Shown piece by piece: positions 49,682 through 62,749 of a stretch of DNA of 64,000 nucleotides. The position numbers and the translations under genes are program-made. The DNA comes from Cetorhinus maximus. Taxonomy: Eukaryota. Location: the NCBI RefSeq assembly GCF_964194155.1, contig NC_135901.1:21142001-21206000 (forward strand), read 5' to 3'. The notes below the pieces were generated by a model. That model was not told the origin of the DNA and did no database searches. It worked only from the letters and a program-made list of their open reading frames with translations. Position 1 is the first letter of the stretch. Every line of letters starts with the position of its first letter.

Positions 49682-50659
49682 GGTGCAGGTTGCCTTTTGT
49701 CCCTCCAGTTTTGATGATTAGTTAAAGCCTCGTCCTCACACAGAACATGTGTACAGTCTCTCATCACTGTGAATGATGTGGTGTTTTTCAGACTGTGTAA
49801 CCTGAACACTCTCACTTGGGTGTGTGTGTTTCGGTGCTTTTCCAGTCACACTGACGTTTCAATTTTTTGAACCAGACAGCACAGACAAACATTTCTCCGT
49901 CTAGATTCAAAGGCCGATGATATTTACATTCTGACTAATCGAGTGACTCTGTCAGATCTTAACGTGATGTTTGTTTTGAGATTTTTGTCCTTAGATCCTC
50001 CCCTTCCAATATCCTGAGAAAGGAGTTTACAAGAGTCAACACAGTCATTACAGGATAGAATTTCAAGACTGACAATTCTAGTTTCTATGAAACATATTTT
50101 CTTCTTTCGTTCCTGAAAGGTTATAAATCTCATTCTGTTGTCCCTAATATACATCCTCCCAGTTCTCCTGAAGGTGCCAGTTCATGCTGATTAACAGATC
50201 CATGCTCACTGCTTCCTATCCAGGACACAGAACCCTGGAAATCTTCATGCAGGCTGTTCACCTATGTATAGTACTATATTACTTGATTAGAGATAAATGG
50301 GGGATGTGAGGAAGAAATTCATTTGGACAGCAAGTGATCATAAACTGGAACACACACCATATGAGGATGGTGGAAGAGGAAATCATTGATGATTTCAGAA
50401 TGAAATTGGATGGGCGCTTGAAGGAAATAAACTTGCAGGGTTATGGGCATATAAAGGGGGGAATGGGACTGACTGAGTTGCTCTTCAGACAGTCGGCATG
50501 GACTTGGGTTGCCGAATGGACTCCTACTATGCCGTAATGACTCTATGACTGGAAATATATAGCGTAGCTACAGTACTATATCACGAGACTAGAAATAATA
50601 ATAAATGTACTTGACAACAGAACCATAAGTAATATATCTGTGTAGCAGATAACAACACT

Positions 50660-51490
50660 GGACATATCTGGCAGATTAAATTCAATGCGGAGAAGCGTGA
50701 GGTGACACACTTTGGTACAAAGAACATGGAGAGACTATAAAACAAAGGATACCATTCTAAAGAGTGTGCAGGAGCAGAGAGACCTGGGTGTATATGAACA
50801 TAAATCATTAAAGGTAGCAGGACAGGTAGAGAGAACTGTTTCTAAAGCATACAGTATTCTAGGCATCATTAATAGGGCCATAGAGTACAAGAACAGGGAG
50901 GTTATGTTGAGCTTATATAAGACACTGGTTAGACCTCAGCTGGAGTACTGTGTGCAGTTCTGGGTGCCACACTATAAGAAGGACATTGGAGAACGTGCAG
51001 AAGATGTTTACAAGAATGATTCCAGGGATGAGACACTTCAGTTATGAGGAAAGATTGGAGAAGTTGGGACTGTTTTCCTTGGAGAGGAGAAGGGTCAGAG
51101 GAGACTTGATAGAAGTTTTCAAAATCATGAGGGGTCTGGACAGAGTAGATAGGGAGAAACTGTTCCCGTTCGTAAAGGGGTCAAGTACCAGAGTGCACAG
51201 TTTTAAAGTGTTTTGCAAAAGAAGCAAATACGAGGTGAGAAGTTTTTTTGCAAAAGAAGCAAATGCGAGGTGAGAAAAAACTTTTTCACACAGCGAGTAG
51301 TTAGGCTTTGGAATGCACTGCCTGGAAGTGTGTGGAGGCAGGTTCAATTGAGGCATTGGATGATTATCTAAACAGAAACAATCTGCAGGGTTACAGGGAA
51401 AAGACAGGAGATCGGCACGAATTTAAAATGCTCAGAGAGCCGGTGCAGACACGATGGGCCGAATGTCCTCCTCAACAATTCTGCGCTTCA
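50660..51490 (+). mobile_element. CR1 LINE 3' fragment (in an intron of gene G)
   Basis: EQRDLGVYEHKSLK, RPQLEYCVQFW and LGLFSLERRRVRGDLIEVFK. Confidence 0.88.
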
Positions 51491-51599
51491 CTCACAGCTT
51501 CACTGCTCTATTACTGAAATGTTCCCTTTTCTCCTGAAAACCTCAGCCTCCCAAACCCTGCCTGTTTCTCTTCTCTTTCTCTTCAACACAAACAAACTC

Positions 51600-52210
51600 T
51601 TTTACTCACAGATCTTGGACACAGACTTAGTCCCTGTGAATCTCCATCTTCATTGCCACAAAGCCCACCTTCTGATTGGCTGGAGGATTAATGTCCTTCC
51701 GGTCCTCCAGAGCTCCCCATTGGCCGAAGCCGTCAACCTTGGCTCGAGAGAGGGAGAACAATGGATGGGGGCGGGGCTCCCGTGTCTGCGAGTCTAGCGC
51801 GGATTGGAACCCGAGGACGTCACCGCGGAGTAGGATGATTCCTACTGGATGATTCAGGCAGCATTTCATTGTGGACTTCACAATGATTCATGGGACGTTC
51901 CCAGTGCACAGTCTCCCATTGGGAGGAATAACACTGGTTACAGAAGCAAGATACTGCGGATTGGACAACAGCTCAGCTCGTCTGGAGGTCAAAGTCTCTC
52001 CCGCCCCCATATGGGTCGGGTTCCGCTTCCTTATTGGCTTCATACGAGGGATTGACCAATAGGAATAACTGGAGGAACGGAATGGCGCTGATGTTCCAAC
52101 CAATCAGGGCGCGGGCTTTGTGCTAACGGCCCCATTGTCTGAAGCGGAAGTTGGAAAATGACCTTCTCACCCACTTAAACTGCCTCCTCTGTTCCACATC
52201 TGTGAGTAAA
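51600..52210. promoter_or_regulatory. Bidirectional promoter between head-to-head genes G and H
   Basis: About 8 CCAAT/ATTGG boxes, GC boxes and an ETS-like GCGGAAGT (~52144). Donors ATCT|GTGAGTAAAA on both strands (51609 minus, 52202 plus). Confidence 0.75.
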
Positions 52211-53133
52211 ACACTTTCTTTCCTCCCGCTTTTCTAATTCTGAGTTTAAATTGCTGATTTGCAGGAACTGAAGGGAAAGGAAGTGAATCTAGGGAGGGTG
52301 CAGACTCTGGAAAGGTTGGCCCAGGTCTCTCTTTCTTTCTCTTAAAGACATTGACATCTTTTGCTCTCTCAGCTTGACACATTTATTTGCCTGCCTGAGA
52401 GGACGGCCTCCTTCCTAATGTTCACATTTCAAGGGGATGGCTGACATTTAAGGGGACGGTAAATTAATATAGGCCAGAGATAAGCCTATTGCTGTTATAA
52501 GGTACATATTAGAAATATTATTTATGGTTTTGCAATAAAGTACATTTATAGTTATTTCTACTTGTTTTAATATGTTACTGTATATGTTTACAATCATAGA
52601 CTTATCATGACACAGAAGGAGATCATTCAGCAACTCGAGTCCATGTCAACTCTCTGTAGAGCAATCCAGGCAATCCCATTCCCCCTCTATATCCCTGTCC
52701 CTGTGTAAGTTTATTTCCTTCAAGTTCCCATCCAGTTTCATTTTGAAATAATTCATCTCTGCTTCGACCATCCTTATAGACAGAGATGCAGATTAAGACC
52801 ACTCGCTGCCGACATAAAGTTCTTCCTCACATCCCTCTTCCACTGTATCTCTAATTAAGAAGTACTGCATATCACACATTTTTCATCTAGTTTCATGCAT
52901 GTCTATCACATATATACACATAAAGATTTTCAGGTCCCTGTGTCCAGAACATGAAGCTATGACCATGGACCTGTCGATCAGCATGAATCGTTGCTTCGGA
53001 AGAGTGGTTAGGGTGACTATTATGTACAACAAAGAGAGAATAGAGTTACTTTTGGGGAATGAGAGAGGAAAACATGATCCATAGAAACTAGAATTGTCTT
53101 TTTCGAACTTCTGTCCTGACAGTGATGAATTTT

Positions 53134-53339
53134 ATAAAAGCAAAGTACTGTGGATGCTGGAAATCTGAAATAAAAATGGAAAATTCTGGAAAAACTTAGC
53201 AGGTCTGACAGCACCTGAGAGATCAGAGTTAACGTTTCAAGTCCGTATGAGTCATATGGACTTGAAAGATTAACTCTGTTTCTCTCTCCACAGATGCTCT
53301 CAGACATTCTGAGTTTTTCCAGCATTTTGTTTTTATTTT
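53134..53339. mobile_element. Head-to-head (palindromic) Penelope-tail insertion with a ~15-bp TSD
   Basis: Two inverted tails meet at 53251. Flanks are acagtgatgaatttt (53119-53133) and acattgatgaatttt (53340-53354). Confidence 0.75.
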
Positions 53340-53568
53340 ACATTGATGAATTTTGTAAACTCCCTTTACAGGGTTTTAGAAGGGGAGATTTTGCAGACAG
53401 AAATCTCAAACCAAACATCACATCAAGATCTGACAGAGTCGCTTGATTTATTGGGGCCTGAAAAAACATCACACCCTTCACAGTGGGGAGAGACTGTACA
53501 CGTGTTCTGTGTGAGGACCGGGCTTCAACTGATTGTCAAACCTGGAAAGATACAAGGACACTGGCACC

Positions 53569-54831
53569 ATGGAGAAACCGTGGAAATGTGGAGACTGTGA
53601 GAAGGGATTCAGATCCCCATCAGAGCTAGAGATTCATCGACGCAGTCACACTGGGGAGAGGCCGTTCACCTGTTCTGAGTGTGGGAAGGGATTCAGTAAT
53701 TCATCCAACTTATTGAAGCACGAAGGCGTTCACACCGGCGAGAGACCATTCACCTGCCCTGACTGTGGGAAGGGATTCAGATCCCTATCTAAGGTGGAGA
53801 TTCATCGACGCAGTCACACTGGGGAGAGGCCGTTCACCTGCTGTGAGTGTGGGAAGGGATTCACTCATTCATCCAACCTCCTGACACACAAGCGAGTTCA
53901 CACCGGGGAAAGGCCATTCTCCTGCCCTGAGTGTGGGAAGGGATTCAGTGATTCATCCACCTTGCGGAAGCATCAGCGAGTTCACACTGGGGAGAGACCA
54001 TTCACCTGCTCTGAATGTGGGAAAGGATTTACTCGGTCATCCAACCTGCTGATGCACCAGCATGTTCACACCGGGGAGAGTCTATTCATTTGCTCTGAGT
54101 GTGGGAAGGGATTCAGTAATTCATTCAACTTGCAGACACACCAGCGGGTTCACACTGGGGAGAGGCCATTCAGCTGTTCTGAGTGTGGGAAGGGATTCAC
54201 TCATTCATCCGCCCTACGGACCCACCTGCGAGTTCACACTGGGGAGAGGCCATTCATCTGCACCATGTGTGGGAAGCGATTCACTCAGTCATCCAGCCTG
54301 CTGGCACACCATGTCACTCACACCAATGAGAGACCCTTTAAATGCTCTGACTGTGGAAGTGGCTTCAAAATCGCTGCAGATCTGAGAGTGCACCAGCGCA
54401 TTCACACTGAGGAGAGGCCATTCAGCTGCTCTCACTGCATAAAGAGGTTTAGAACGTCATCCAGCCTTCGGATACACCAGCGAGTTCACACTGGGGAAAG
54501 GCCATTCCCCTGCTCCGAGTGTGGGAAGGGATTCAGTGATTCATCCACCCTGCATACACACCAGCGAGTTCACACTGGGGAGAGACCGTTTGCCTGCTCT
54601 GAGTGTGGGAAGGGATTCCGTCGGTCATCCCACCTGCTGACACACCAGCAAGTTCACACTGGAGAGAGGCCGTTCATCTGCCCTGAGTGTGGGAAGGGAT
54701 TCACTAATTCATTCAACTTGCGAACACACCTGCGAGTTCACACTGGGGAGAGGCCGTTCACCTGCACTGTGTGTGGGAAGGGATTCACTCAGTCATCTCA
54801 CCTACAGACACACCAGCGAGTTCACAGGTGA
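53569..54831 (+). CDS. Tandem C2H2 ZNF gene H: 15 intact fingers, 420 aa, no effector domain visible
   Basis: accATGG start reads [10 protein letters not shown], with all Cys/His intact. Acceptor ctttacag near 53371 and AATAAA near 55092. Confidence 0.93.
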   Translation: MEKPWKCGDCEKGFRSPSELEIHRRSHTGERPFTCSECGKGFSNSSNLLKHEGVHTGERPFTCPDCGKGFRSLSKVEIHRRSHTGERPFTCCECGKGFTHSSNLLTHKRVHTGERPFSCPECGKGFSDSSTLRKHQRVHTGERPFTCSECGKGFTRSSNLLMHQHVHTGESLFICSECGKGFSNSFNLQTHQRVHTGERPFSCSECGKGFTHSSALRTHLRVHTGERPFICTMCGKRFTQSSSLLAHHVTHTNERPFKCSDCGSGFKIAADLRVHQRIHTEERPFSCSHCIKRFRTSSSLRIHQRVHTGERPFPCSECGKGFSDSSTLHTHQRVHTGERPFACSECGKGFRRSSHLLTHQQVHTGERPFICPECGKGFTNSFNLRTHLRVHTGERPFTCTVCGKGFTQSSHLQTHQRVHR

Positions 54832-56482
54832 TTACAGGGATTCTGCTGTTATTGCTGCTATTAATCACATCCAGGACTGAACCATGTTCATTCTGACAGC
54901 CCGTGGTGGGGTGGGGGGTCAGTGGGTTTCTTTCTGCTGGACTGGCCAGTCTCATGACTTTGCATACAGTGGGTGGATGCTCTTTGAGCCTGGGAGTGTA
55001 TGTTTCTACTGAAATGATCCACAAAAGCTGATGAATTACATTTATCCTGGATAGTAAATAGTGTTTTTCCTACCACTACAGGTAGATCTAAAATAAATAC
55101 ATTTGTCTCTGTTCCTTTGAGTCTGCAGCACGGGGCCAGGCCAGTCGGCTCAATTGGTCTGTGTCAGCATTTATGTTCCACATAGACCTCCACCCACCCC
55201 GCTTCATCTCCCCCATCAGCATGTCCTTCTATTCCTTTCTCCCTCGTGTTTGTATCTAGCTTCACCTGAGATGTATTTATGCTGTTCCCCTCAACCAATG
55301 GCTGTGGAATTGAGTTCCACATTCTCACCACTCACTGGGTACAAAGGTTTCTCGAGAAATCTCTATTGGATTATTGAACTTCTTCAGAATCTTAAGGACT
55401 TCCATCAGGTCACCCTTCAGTCTTTTCCAGAGAAAAGCAGCCACAGCCTTTCCTGAGGGTTAAATGCTCTCAGTTCTGGTATTGCTCTTGTGAATCTTTG
55501 TTGCACCTTCTCCAGTGCCTCTGTTTATTTTTTCTAAATGGAGATCACAAATGTTGACAGTCCTCCCAGTGTAATCTAACCACTGTTCTAAACAAGTTGA
55601 ACATAACCTCCCTGCTTTTCAATTCTATCCCTCTAGAACGGAATCCTACACATGATTCTACATTAAAGGAAATTTGTGAAGTTCTTTGAAAGGCTGGACA
55701 GAGGGTTGTTGCGAATGGCACCAGGGATGAGCGATTTCAGTTAGTTGGAGAGACTCCAGCAGCTGAAATCCCTCTCTTTAGATCATTGAGTCTTCAGTAT
55801 AGGGAATAGGGCCATTCAGCCCACTGAGTCCATGCCAGCAATCTGTAGAGAAAAACCAGTCAGTCACATTGCCTGTTCCATTCTCAGATCCTTGTAGGTT
55901 TATTTGCCTCAAGTGCCCATCCTGTTTCCTTTTGAAATCATTTCATCATCTCTGCTTCTAGCACACTCATAGCAAGTGGGGTCCAGGTCATTACCACTCA
56001 CGTTAAATGTACACAAGGCCCATAGAGCACAGAAGGAGGCCATTTGGTTCATCCTGTTCATGCCAGATATTTGAGAAACTAGCCAGTTAATCCCAGAGCC
56101 CTGCAATTTTCTTTAACTTTCAAGAATCTGTCGAATTCCTTTTTGAAAGATAGAGTCCAATCTGCTTTCTGCACCATTTTCAGGCAGTGCATTCCAAATC
56201 ACAGTAACTCCGTGCTTTAAAACACCTAATTCAGGATATAATGTGGTTGGATTTTTATAGATCATTCAAAATGGTGTCAAAGACATGGCTATTACACAAA
56301 ATTAAGATTCAGTCCTGATCAATGATGTTGATGATGGGACCAAGTGTAACATATCCAAATTTGTGGATAATTAGAAAAAAACTGCATTTCTGTAGCATCT
56401 CTCAGGACCACAGGACCTCCTAAAGCATTTTACATCCAATGAAGTACTTTTGAAGTGTAGTCACTGTTGTAATGTATGAAAC

Positions 56483-57573
56483 TGTAGGTAGGCCTTGGTA
56501 GTCAAATTTAGTTTTAAAAATCAATCACTTTCATACCGTATTCACTGTTATAAATAAAAAGGTCAAGGAAACCATTTTAAACTCTAACATATGGCTGGAT
56601 CTTTATTTATCATCATAAACACTGTATTAACATAAATGTTTCCATAAACTGCAGGCCCAATGGAAATTGTTTAAACAAAGAAATGCTTTTCTAATTTTGA
56701 TAAGCTACAGGACATTAGATTCTGCCAAAGTCCAGCTCAAGAATAAGGCTCATTGTTCAATCCAATTAAGATTAGTAAGAAAGCTATTGTCTTCCACAAA
56801 CTGTCTTTTCGAACCAGCCTATCTTGTATTAACCAAATCTATTAATTAAACAGCATTGGATTAATTAGGTACCAGTCAGTAACAGATGATTGAATAAGTA
56901 GTTGGCCTTAATTGAATTACAATTAATAAACTAATTCTGAATCAGTAGTTATAGCAAAAGAATGAGTTTTATTTGCTGTAAAAATGTAAAACCTTAATTG
57001 CTGTGTATGTGAAGAATGTACAATGAAGATAAATGTACTGGCAAGAGAGACCTTCAAACCCTGATTAGCCTCGACATTTGAAACTGTATAAGGAATTGTA
57101 TGGAATCAGTTAAACGGATAGTATGAAACAGTTCTATTGTATTGCTGTCTAAGATAATGAAAGAAGGTGGTGTAAGTAATTTGAGATCCAATTAAGTTAA
57201 CCAATTGTCATGTTACAACAAGCCCCACTCTGACATGAGGAAATGGTCACTTTGGGCATAAAAGTAGAGGGTCTGAAGGTCTTCCTTGCTAGCCAAGTAC
57301 TGAAGATTCCCGAGGCCGAGTTCCAAGGGAATTACTGTCAAAGAAGGAGCCGGAGCGGGCCCTATTCCCTATACTAAAGACTGATCACCCGCATGAAGTT
57401 GTAAAACTCAATGTCTTAAAGTTGTGAAGTAAACCTTTTTCTTTTAATAAACCTCTTTTTAAACTTACTATCCAGAGAATTCTGCCTTTGCCTTCATGAG
57501 TGAAATTCTTGTCCAAACCAAAGTGAATTCATTAATTGGCAAGTTGGGGGTGTCTGAAATCGATTAAGTTACA
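56483..57573 (+). mobile_element. Probable solo LTR
   Basis: Begins TGTA and ends TTACA, with TATA-like cataaaa (~57258) and AATAAA (~57446). No convincing TSD. Confidence 0.35.
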
Positions 57574-57609
57574 GATCACAAGATCAGGTAACATAAAGCT
57601 TGAATTTTA

Positions 57610-57848
57610 AAACTTGCATTTGTAAGGGCCGTTCACAACCACAATACATCCCAAAGTGCTTTACAGCCAAGGAAGTATTTTTTGAAGTGTAGTCACTGTT
57701 GTAATTTAGGAAACACAGTAGACCCTGCTTTTCTCTGAAACTGTGCCCATGGGAACTTCCAAGTCCACCAAGAGGGGCAGACGGGGCCCCAGCATTGGCA
57801 TCTCATCCGCAAGAGAGCAGCTCCAACAGTCCAACACTCCCTCAAGTT
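57610..57848 (-). mobile_element. Deu-domain SINE (SacSINE1/AmnSINE1-like) fragment
   Basis: gggcagacggggcc...tctcatccg...ctccaacagt...cactccctca matches the Deu core as recalled. A similar tail lies at 56380-56482. Confidence 0.6.
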
Positions 57849-59224
57849 TCGACTTCCACAAGTCTGGAGTTCCCATTTGAGCCTCCGGCATCTTTCTGTC
57901 TCTATTGCTCATGGCAATGACAGCCAGTTGACAGAGCTGAGAGCTGAATTTAGCCGAGAATAACGGGGCCTGCGTCCCAGTTAAGAAACTGCCATGAGTG
58001 TCGACTCATAGGAAGATGCTGGAAGGCTGACTGGGAAATGGGCCTCCAACCAATTGGGGAAGGGGTGGGGGGCAAACGGGGCTGGTGGTGACGTGACCCC
58101 CGGGGTTCAGTGCCCGTTTCCAAAGCGGGGAGTCACGGGAACAGGGGACAGAGGAGCTGAAGAGAAACCATTTGGATGCAGAACATTGTGCAAGTCCTTT
58201 TACTCTGGTTGTATTTGATCCTCAAGTAACTTACTTTAAAAAAAAAATCTGTTTAATTAATGAACTTTTATCAGTAAAAATATTTGATTTTTCTGGACCT
58301 TTCATGATTATATTCATGCATTTTAGGGAAAGTAGGTGAGAGGGGTTGGCAGGCTCTTTATCAGCAAGTGAGTCCCTCTAAGGTAATTGGCAAAGGAGCC
58401 ACGGGGAAGATGAGAATTTATTTTTGACACAGCAATGTTAGAAAATGGGGTTCAGGGAGTTAATTAACTCTTTATCCCCCTTTCCCAAACTCTGAAATGA
58501 TTCACAGTGATAACCCTTATTGGTGACAGTGGTTAGATTTTATTCAGTATAAATGAGACCTGACACTTGCTAATGTCTGAGCATTAGTATCAAAGTGCAG
58601 CAGCATTACCATTACACTCTGGTAGAAGCACCATCTCCACGTAAATGCTCCCTGGTCTGTCCCAGATGCCATGGCACCAGTCAATGCAATATGTAAAACT
58701 TCAACAAATATCTGTTCTTGGAGAATCCCTTCTTATTCCTTTTTCAATCGCAAAGTCTATGGAGACTGATTTAACCCAATCATTGCTGAGCTAATATTTG
58801 AATGGACCAATTATAAAATGTGTCATTGAACCATCTTTACCCGTCCGAGCCACATCAAACTCTCAAACAAATGATTTCCCCACACTCCATCCCCGGTACA
58901 GGGACAGCATTCCCAGGCCAAGCAGTGAAAACATGGTGGCCTTGACACACCGGTGTTGTCTAGGATTCAAGGCACTCTTGATGACATCACAGACATGAAC
59001 ACAGAACATCTGGGTCTGTGCAAACCAGTAATCACCACACATTATGAAGGATGTGAGGGTCCTTGAGAGGGTGCAGAGGAGATTTACCAGAATGGTTCCA
59101 GGGATGAGGGATTTTAGTAACAATGTTAGGTTGGAGAAACTGGGGTTGTTCTCCCTGGAGCAAAGGAGGTTGAGGGGAAATCTGATAGAGATGCAAAAGT
59201 TTATAAAAGGTTATAAAAGATAAG

Positions 59225-60878
59225 GTTGAAGCATTTGCCACAATCTTCAGCCAGAAGTGCCGAGTGGATGATCCATCTCAGCCTCCTCCAGAGGTCCCCA
59301 GCATCACAGGTGCCAGTGTTCAGCAAATTTGATTCACTCCAGGGCTGAAGGCACTGGTTAGTGCAAAAGCTATGGGGCTTGACAATATTCCAGCAATTGT
59401 ACTGAAGATTTGCGCTCCAGAACTTGCCTCGCCCTTATCCAGGCTGTTCCAGTACAGCTACAACACTGGCATCGACCCGGCAATGTGAAAAATTGCCCAG
59501 GTATGTCCTGTACACAAAAAGCAGGACAAACCCAACCTGGCCAATTACCACCCCATCAGTCTATTCTTGATCATCAGTAAAGTGATGGAAGGGGTCATCA
59601 ACAGTGTTATCAAGCGGCACTTGCTTAACAATAACCTGCTCACTGACGCCAAGTTCGGGTTCCACCAGAGCTACTCGGCTCCTGACCCCATTACAGCCTT
59701 GGTGCAAACATGGACAAAAGAGCTGAACTCTGGAGGTGAGATGAGAGTGACTGCATCATGGCATCAAGGAGCCCTAGCAAAACTGGAGTCAATGGGAATC
59801 AGGGGGAAAACTCTCCACTGGTTGGAGTTATATGTAGCACAAAGGATTGTGGTTGTTGGAGATAAATCATCTCAGCTCCAGGACATCACTGCAGGAGTTC
59901 ATCAGGGTAGTGTCCTAGGCCCAACCATCTTCAGATGCTTCATCAATGACCTTCCTTCCATCATAAGGTCAGAAGTGGGGATGTTCGCTGATGATTGCAC
60001 AATGTTCAGCACCATTTGTGACTCCTTAGATACTGAAGCAGCCCATGTCCAAATGCAGCAAGACCTGGACAATATCCAGGCTTGGGCTGAAAAGTGGCAA
60101 GTAACATTTGAGCCACACAAGTATCAGGCAATGTCCACCTCCAACAAGAGAGACTCTAACCATCGCCCCCTGACATTCAATGGCATTACCATCACTGAAT
60201 CCCCCACTATCAACATCCTGGGAATTGCTCTTGGCCAGAAACTGAACTAGCCATATAAATACAGTGGCTACAACAGCAGGTCAGAGACTAGGAATCCTGT
60301 AGCGAGTAAGTCACCTCCTGACTCCCCATAGTCTGTCCACCATCTACAAGGACAAGTCAGGAGTGTGATGGAATGTTTCCCACTTGCCTGGATGAGTGCA
60401 GCTCCCACAACACTCAAGAAGCCTGACACGGTCCAGGCCAAAGTAGTCCACTTGACTGGCACCACATTCATCAACATTCACTCCCTTCACCACCAATGCA
60501 CAGTAGCAGCAGTGTGTACCCCATCTACAAGATGCACTGCAGGAATTCACCAGGGTTCCTTAAACAGCACCTTCCAAACGTGGCCGGTACCATCTGGAAG
60601 GACAAGGGCAGCAGGTAGATGGGAACACCACCACCTGGAATTTCCTTTCCAAGTCACTCACCGTCCTGACTTGGAAAAATATCACCATTCCTTCACTGTC
60701 ACTGGGTCAAAATCCTGGTACTCCCTTCCTAACAGCACTGTGGGTGTACCGACAGCACATGGACTGCAGCAGTTCAAGAAGGCAGCTCACCACCACCTTC
60801 TCAAAGGCAACTAGGGAGGGGCAATAAATGCTGGCTGGCCCATCCAGCAAAGCCCATATCCTGTGAATGAATGAAAAA
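59225..60878 (+). mobile_element. CR1/L2-group LINE (RT and 3' end)
   Basis: AGVHQGSVLGPTIFRCFINDLP and GMFADDCTMF, with a gggcaataaatgctggc...gaatgaatgaaaaaaa tail. Confidence 0.9.
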
Positions 60879-61004
60879 AACATAAGATATTACCTAATCA
60901 TAAAGGTATCACAGATTTAAGATTTAGGGTAAGATCTACAGGGGGAATGTGAGGAAGAAATTTCACACATTGAGTGTGAATGGACCTGGAACTCAATGCT
61001 TAAA

Positions 61005-61735
61005 CTCAAAGACCGATAATATCCAGGTTCTGATGAATCGAGTGACTCGAGTCAGATATTAATGTGATCTTTGCTTGGAGTTTGCTGTGTGTAAATCCTC
61101 CCCTTCCAATTCCCTGTAAAAGGAGTTTCCAAAACCCATCCCCGTCAGTCCAGGATAGAAATTCACAACATTCTCTCCTCCTGCTGACAGGGATGACCGC
61201 GCATGCGCCCCGCTGCATATTAACCCCGCTCAAGATGGCGGCCGTTAACTGGGGCCCTTTTGCTGGAGACGCGATCCCGCAGCCTTCGCCCCACAGATAG
61301 TTTCTTATTTTGGGTTCAGAGCCGCATCGAGTGCTTACGAACCCTCCCCGTCCATCCACCAGCTCTATTGTTCCCTCCACTTCGCCCTTTATCTTACCTC
61401 CTGTGGATCCGACAAACAAGCCTCTGACCACCGCCATTACCCACACTGCGCATGCTCCAGATCACGGTGCCCGGCGAATTGACGGAAACTCCGGACCAAT
61501 AGGAAGAAGGGGCGGACCTGGAGGTCCGATCGTGAGCGTGTGATCCTCCAACCAATCGGAGTGAATGAGGGGCGGGGCTGAATCCGGATGCCCCTCATTG
61601 GCTGAAACTCTGCATCATTTTGAAAGCTGACTTGTCTCAACCTCCAGGAGAAAACTGGACCTTTCTGTTTGTGGCTTTAAACAGATGAAACCGTGTGGGT
61701 GTGGAACAAACATTTCAGCATTTGTTAATGAAATG
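61005..61735 (-). promoter_or_regulatory. Orphan ZNF promoter module with acceptor and exon-start stub, no finger array downstream
   Basis: NRF1-like CGCGCATGCGC, YY1-like AAGATGGCGG, CCAAT and GC boxes. Acceptor ttttacag|gg at 61114/61113. The stub ends near 61005 at LINE sequence. Confidence 0.7.
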
Positions 61736-61917
61736 TGGGAACATGATGAAACAATGCTCAAACCATTCATGGGCTGACTTAAATGAATAACTGGGGAGAC
61801 AGGGAGTGTTAACATTAAAACAAGGAGAGTCCCTGTCTCCAATAAATGAACCGGCAGAAGGGCTAGGACAGGTTCAGGAGAAGGTAAATAATGTCATAAT
61901 TCAGAATAACACAGACT

Positions 61918-62016
61918 CTGAAGAAGAGTCATATGGACTTGAAACGTTAACTCTGTCTTTCTTTCCACAGATGCTGTCAGACCTGCTGAATTTTTCCAGC
62001 ACTTCTTGTTTTTCTT
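61918..62016 (+). mobile_element. Penelope-like tail element with a 7-bp TSD and hammerhead-like core
   Basis: acagact at 61911-61917 and 62017-62023. The paralogous empty site is at ~39620. Confidence 0.8.
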
Positions 62017-62749
62017 ACAGACTATAAAGAAACAGCTGATTTCAAAGATATTATTTTGTAGTATGTGTGGAGGGGATCAGCTGAATCAGGTTTAAAGGGG
62101 TGAAATGATTTTTTTTCTAGACTGGACAATCACATTAAAATCTGCAACTCAGATGGGACCATGGATTATTGCAGATTTCCATCAGTGCATTATTCCAGGA
62201 AGCCTTAAAATCATACGGACAGTATTTCAGAACCAGGGTTCCAACTACACGGGGGCAACAGGCAATTTCGCCCCAGAAAAGCCCACAAAAAATCAATCAC
62301 AGGGACAGCCACTCTAAGAACAACCTTTGTCGGAGGCAGAATCTGTGAGCAGGAGCTCCTCCAGTCGCAATGCAGAATCCCAACTGCTGGGATGCTGGGT
62401 AATTGTGAGTGGAAAATATTGTTTTGTGATTACTTTGTGGTTATGTGATTGAGACTTTGACCATAGAGCCAATCAGTAAAGACCAGAACCAAATGATAAA
62501 GAAACACCAATGCACGGACCTTCCATTATACAGCAGAAGGAAGGGGAATGGGCATTTGTGAAGAATTTACAGCAAGTTAGTCGAACATGACTTGCCCTTA
62601 ACACGTTTGAGCTGGCTTGAGCTATGTTTAAATCACTTCGAGAAATGGAAAATGGCAGAGCACCCATTTACGAGGATTTACGTGTGATTTTTCTTTTTAT
62701 TTGTTCACAATTGTGTATCAGAAAATTGTTTTCGTTCTCTATTTTGTGT

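Noticed and set aside
48541-54880. Shifted-frame and antisense ORFs over ZNF arrays (e.g. ...[17 protein letters not shown]...)
   Set aside because: Alternative frames of the 84-bp finger repeat.
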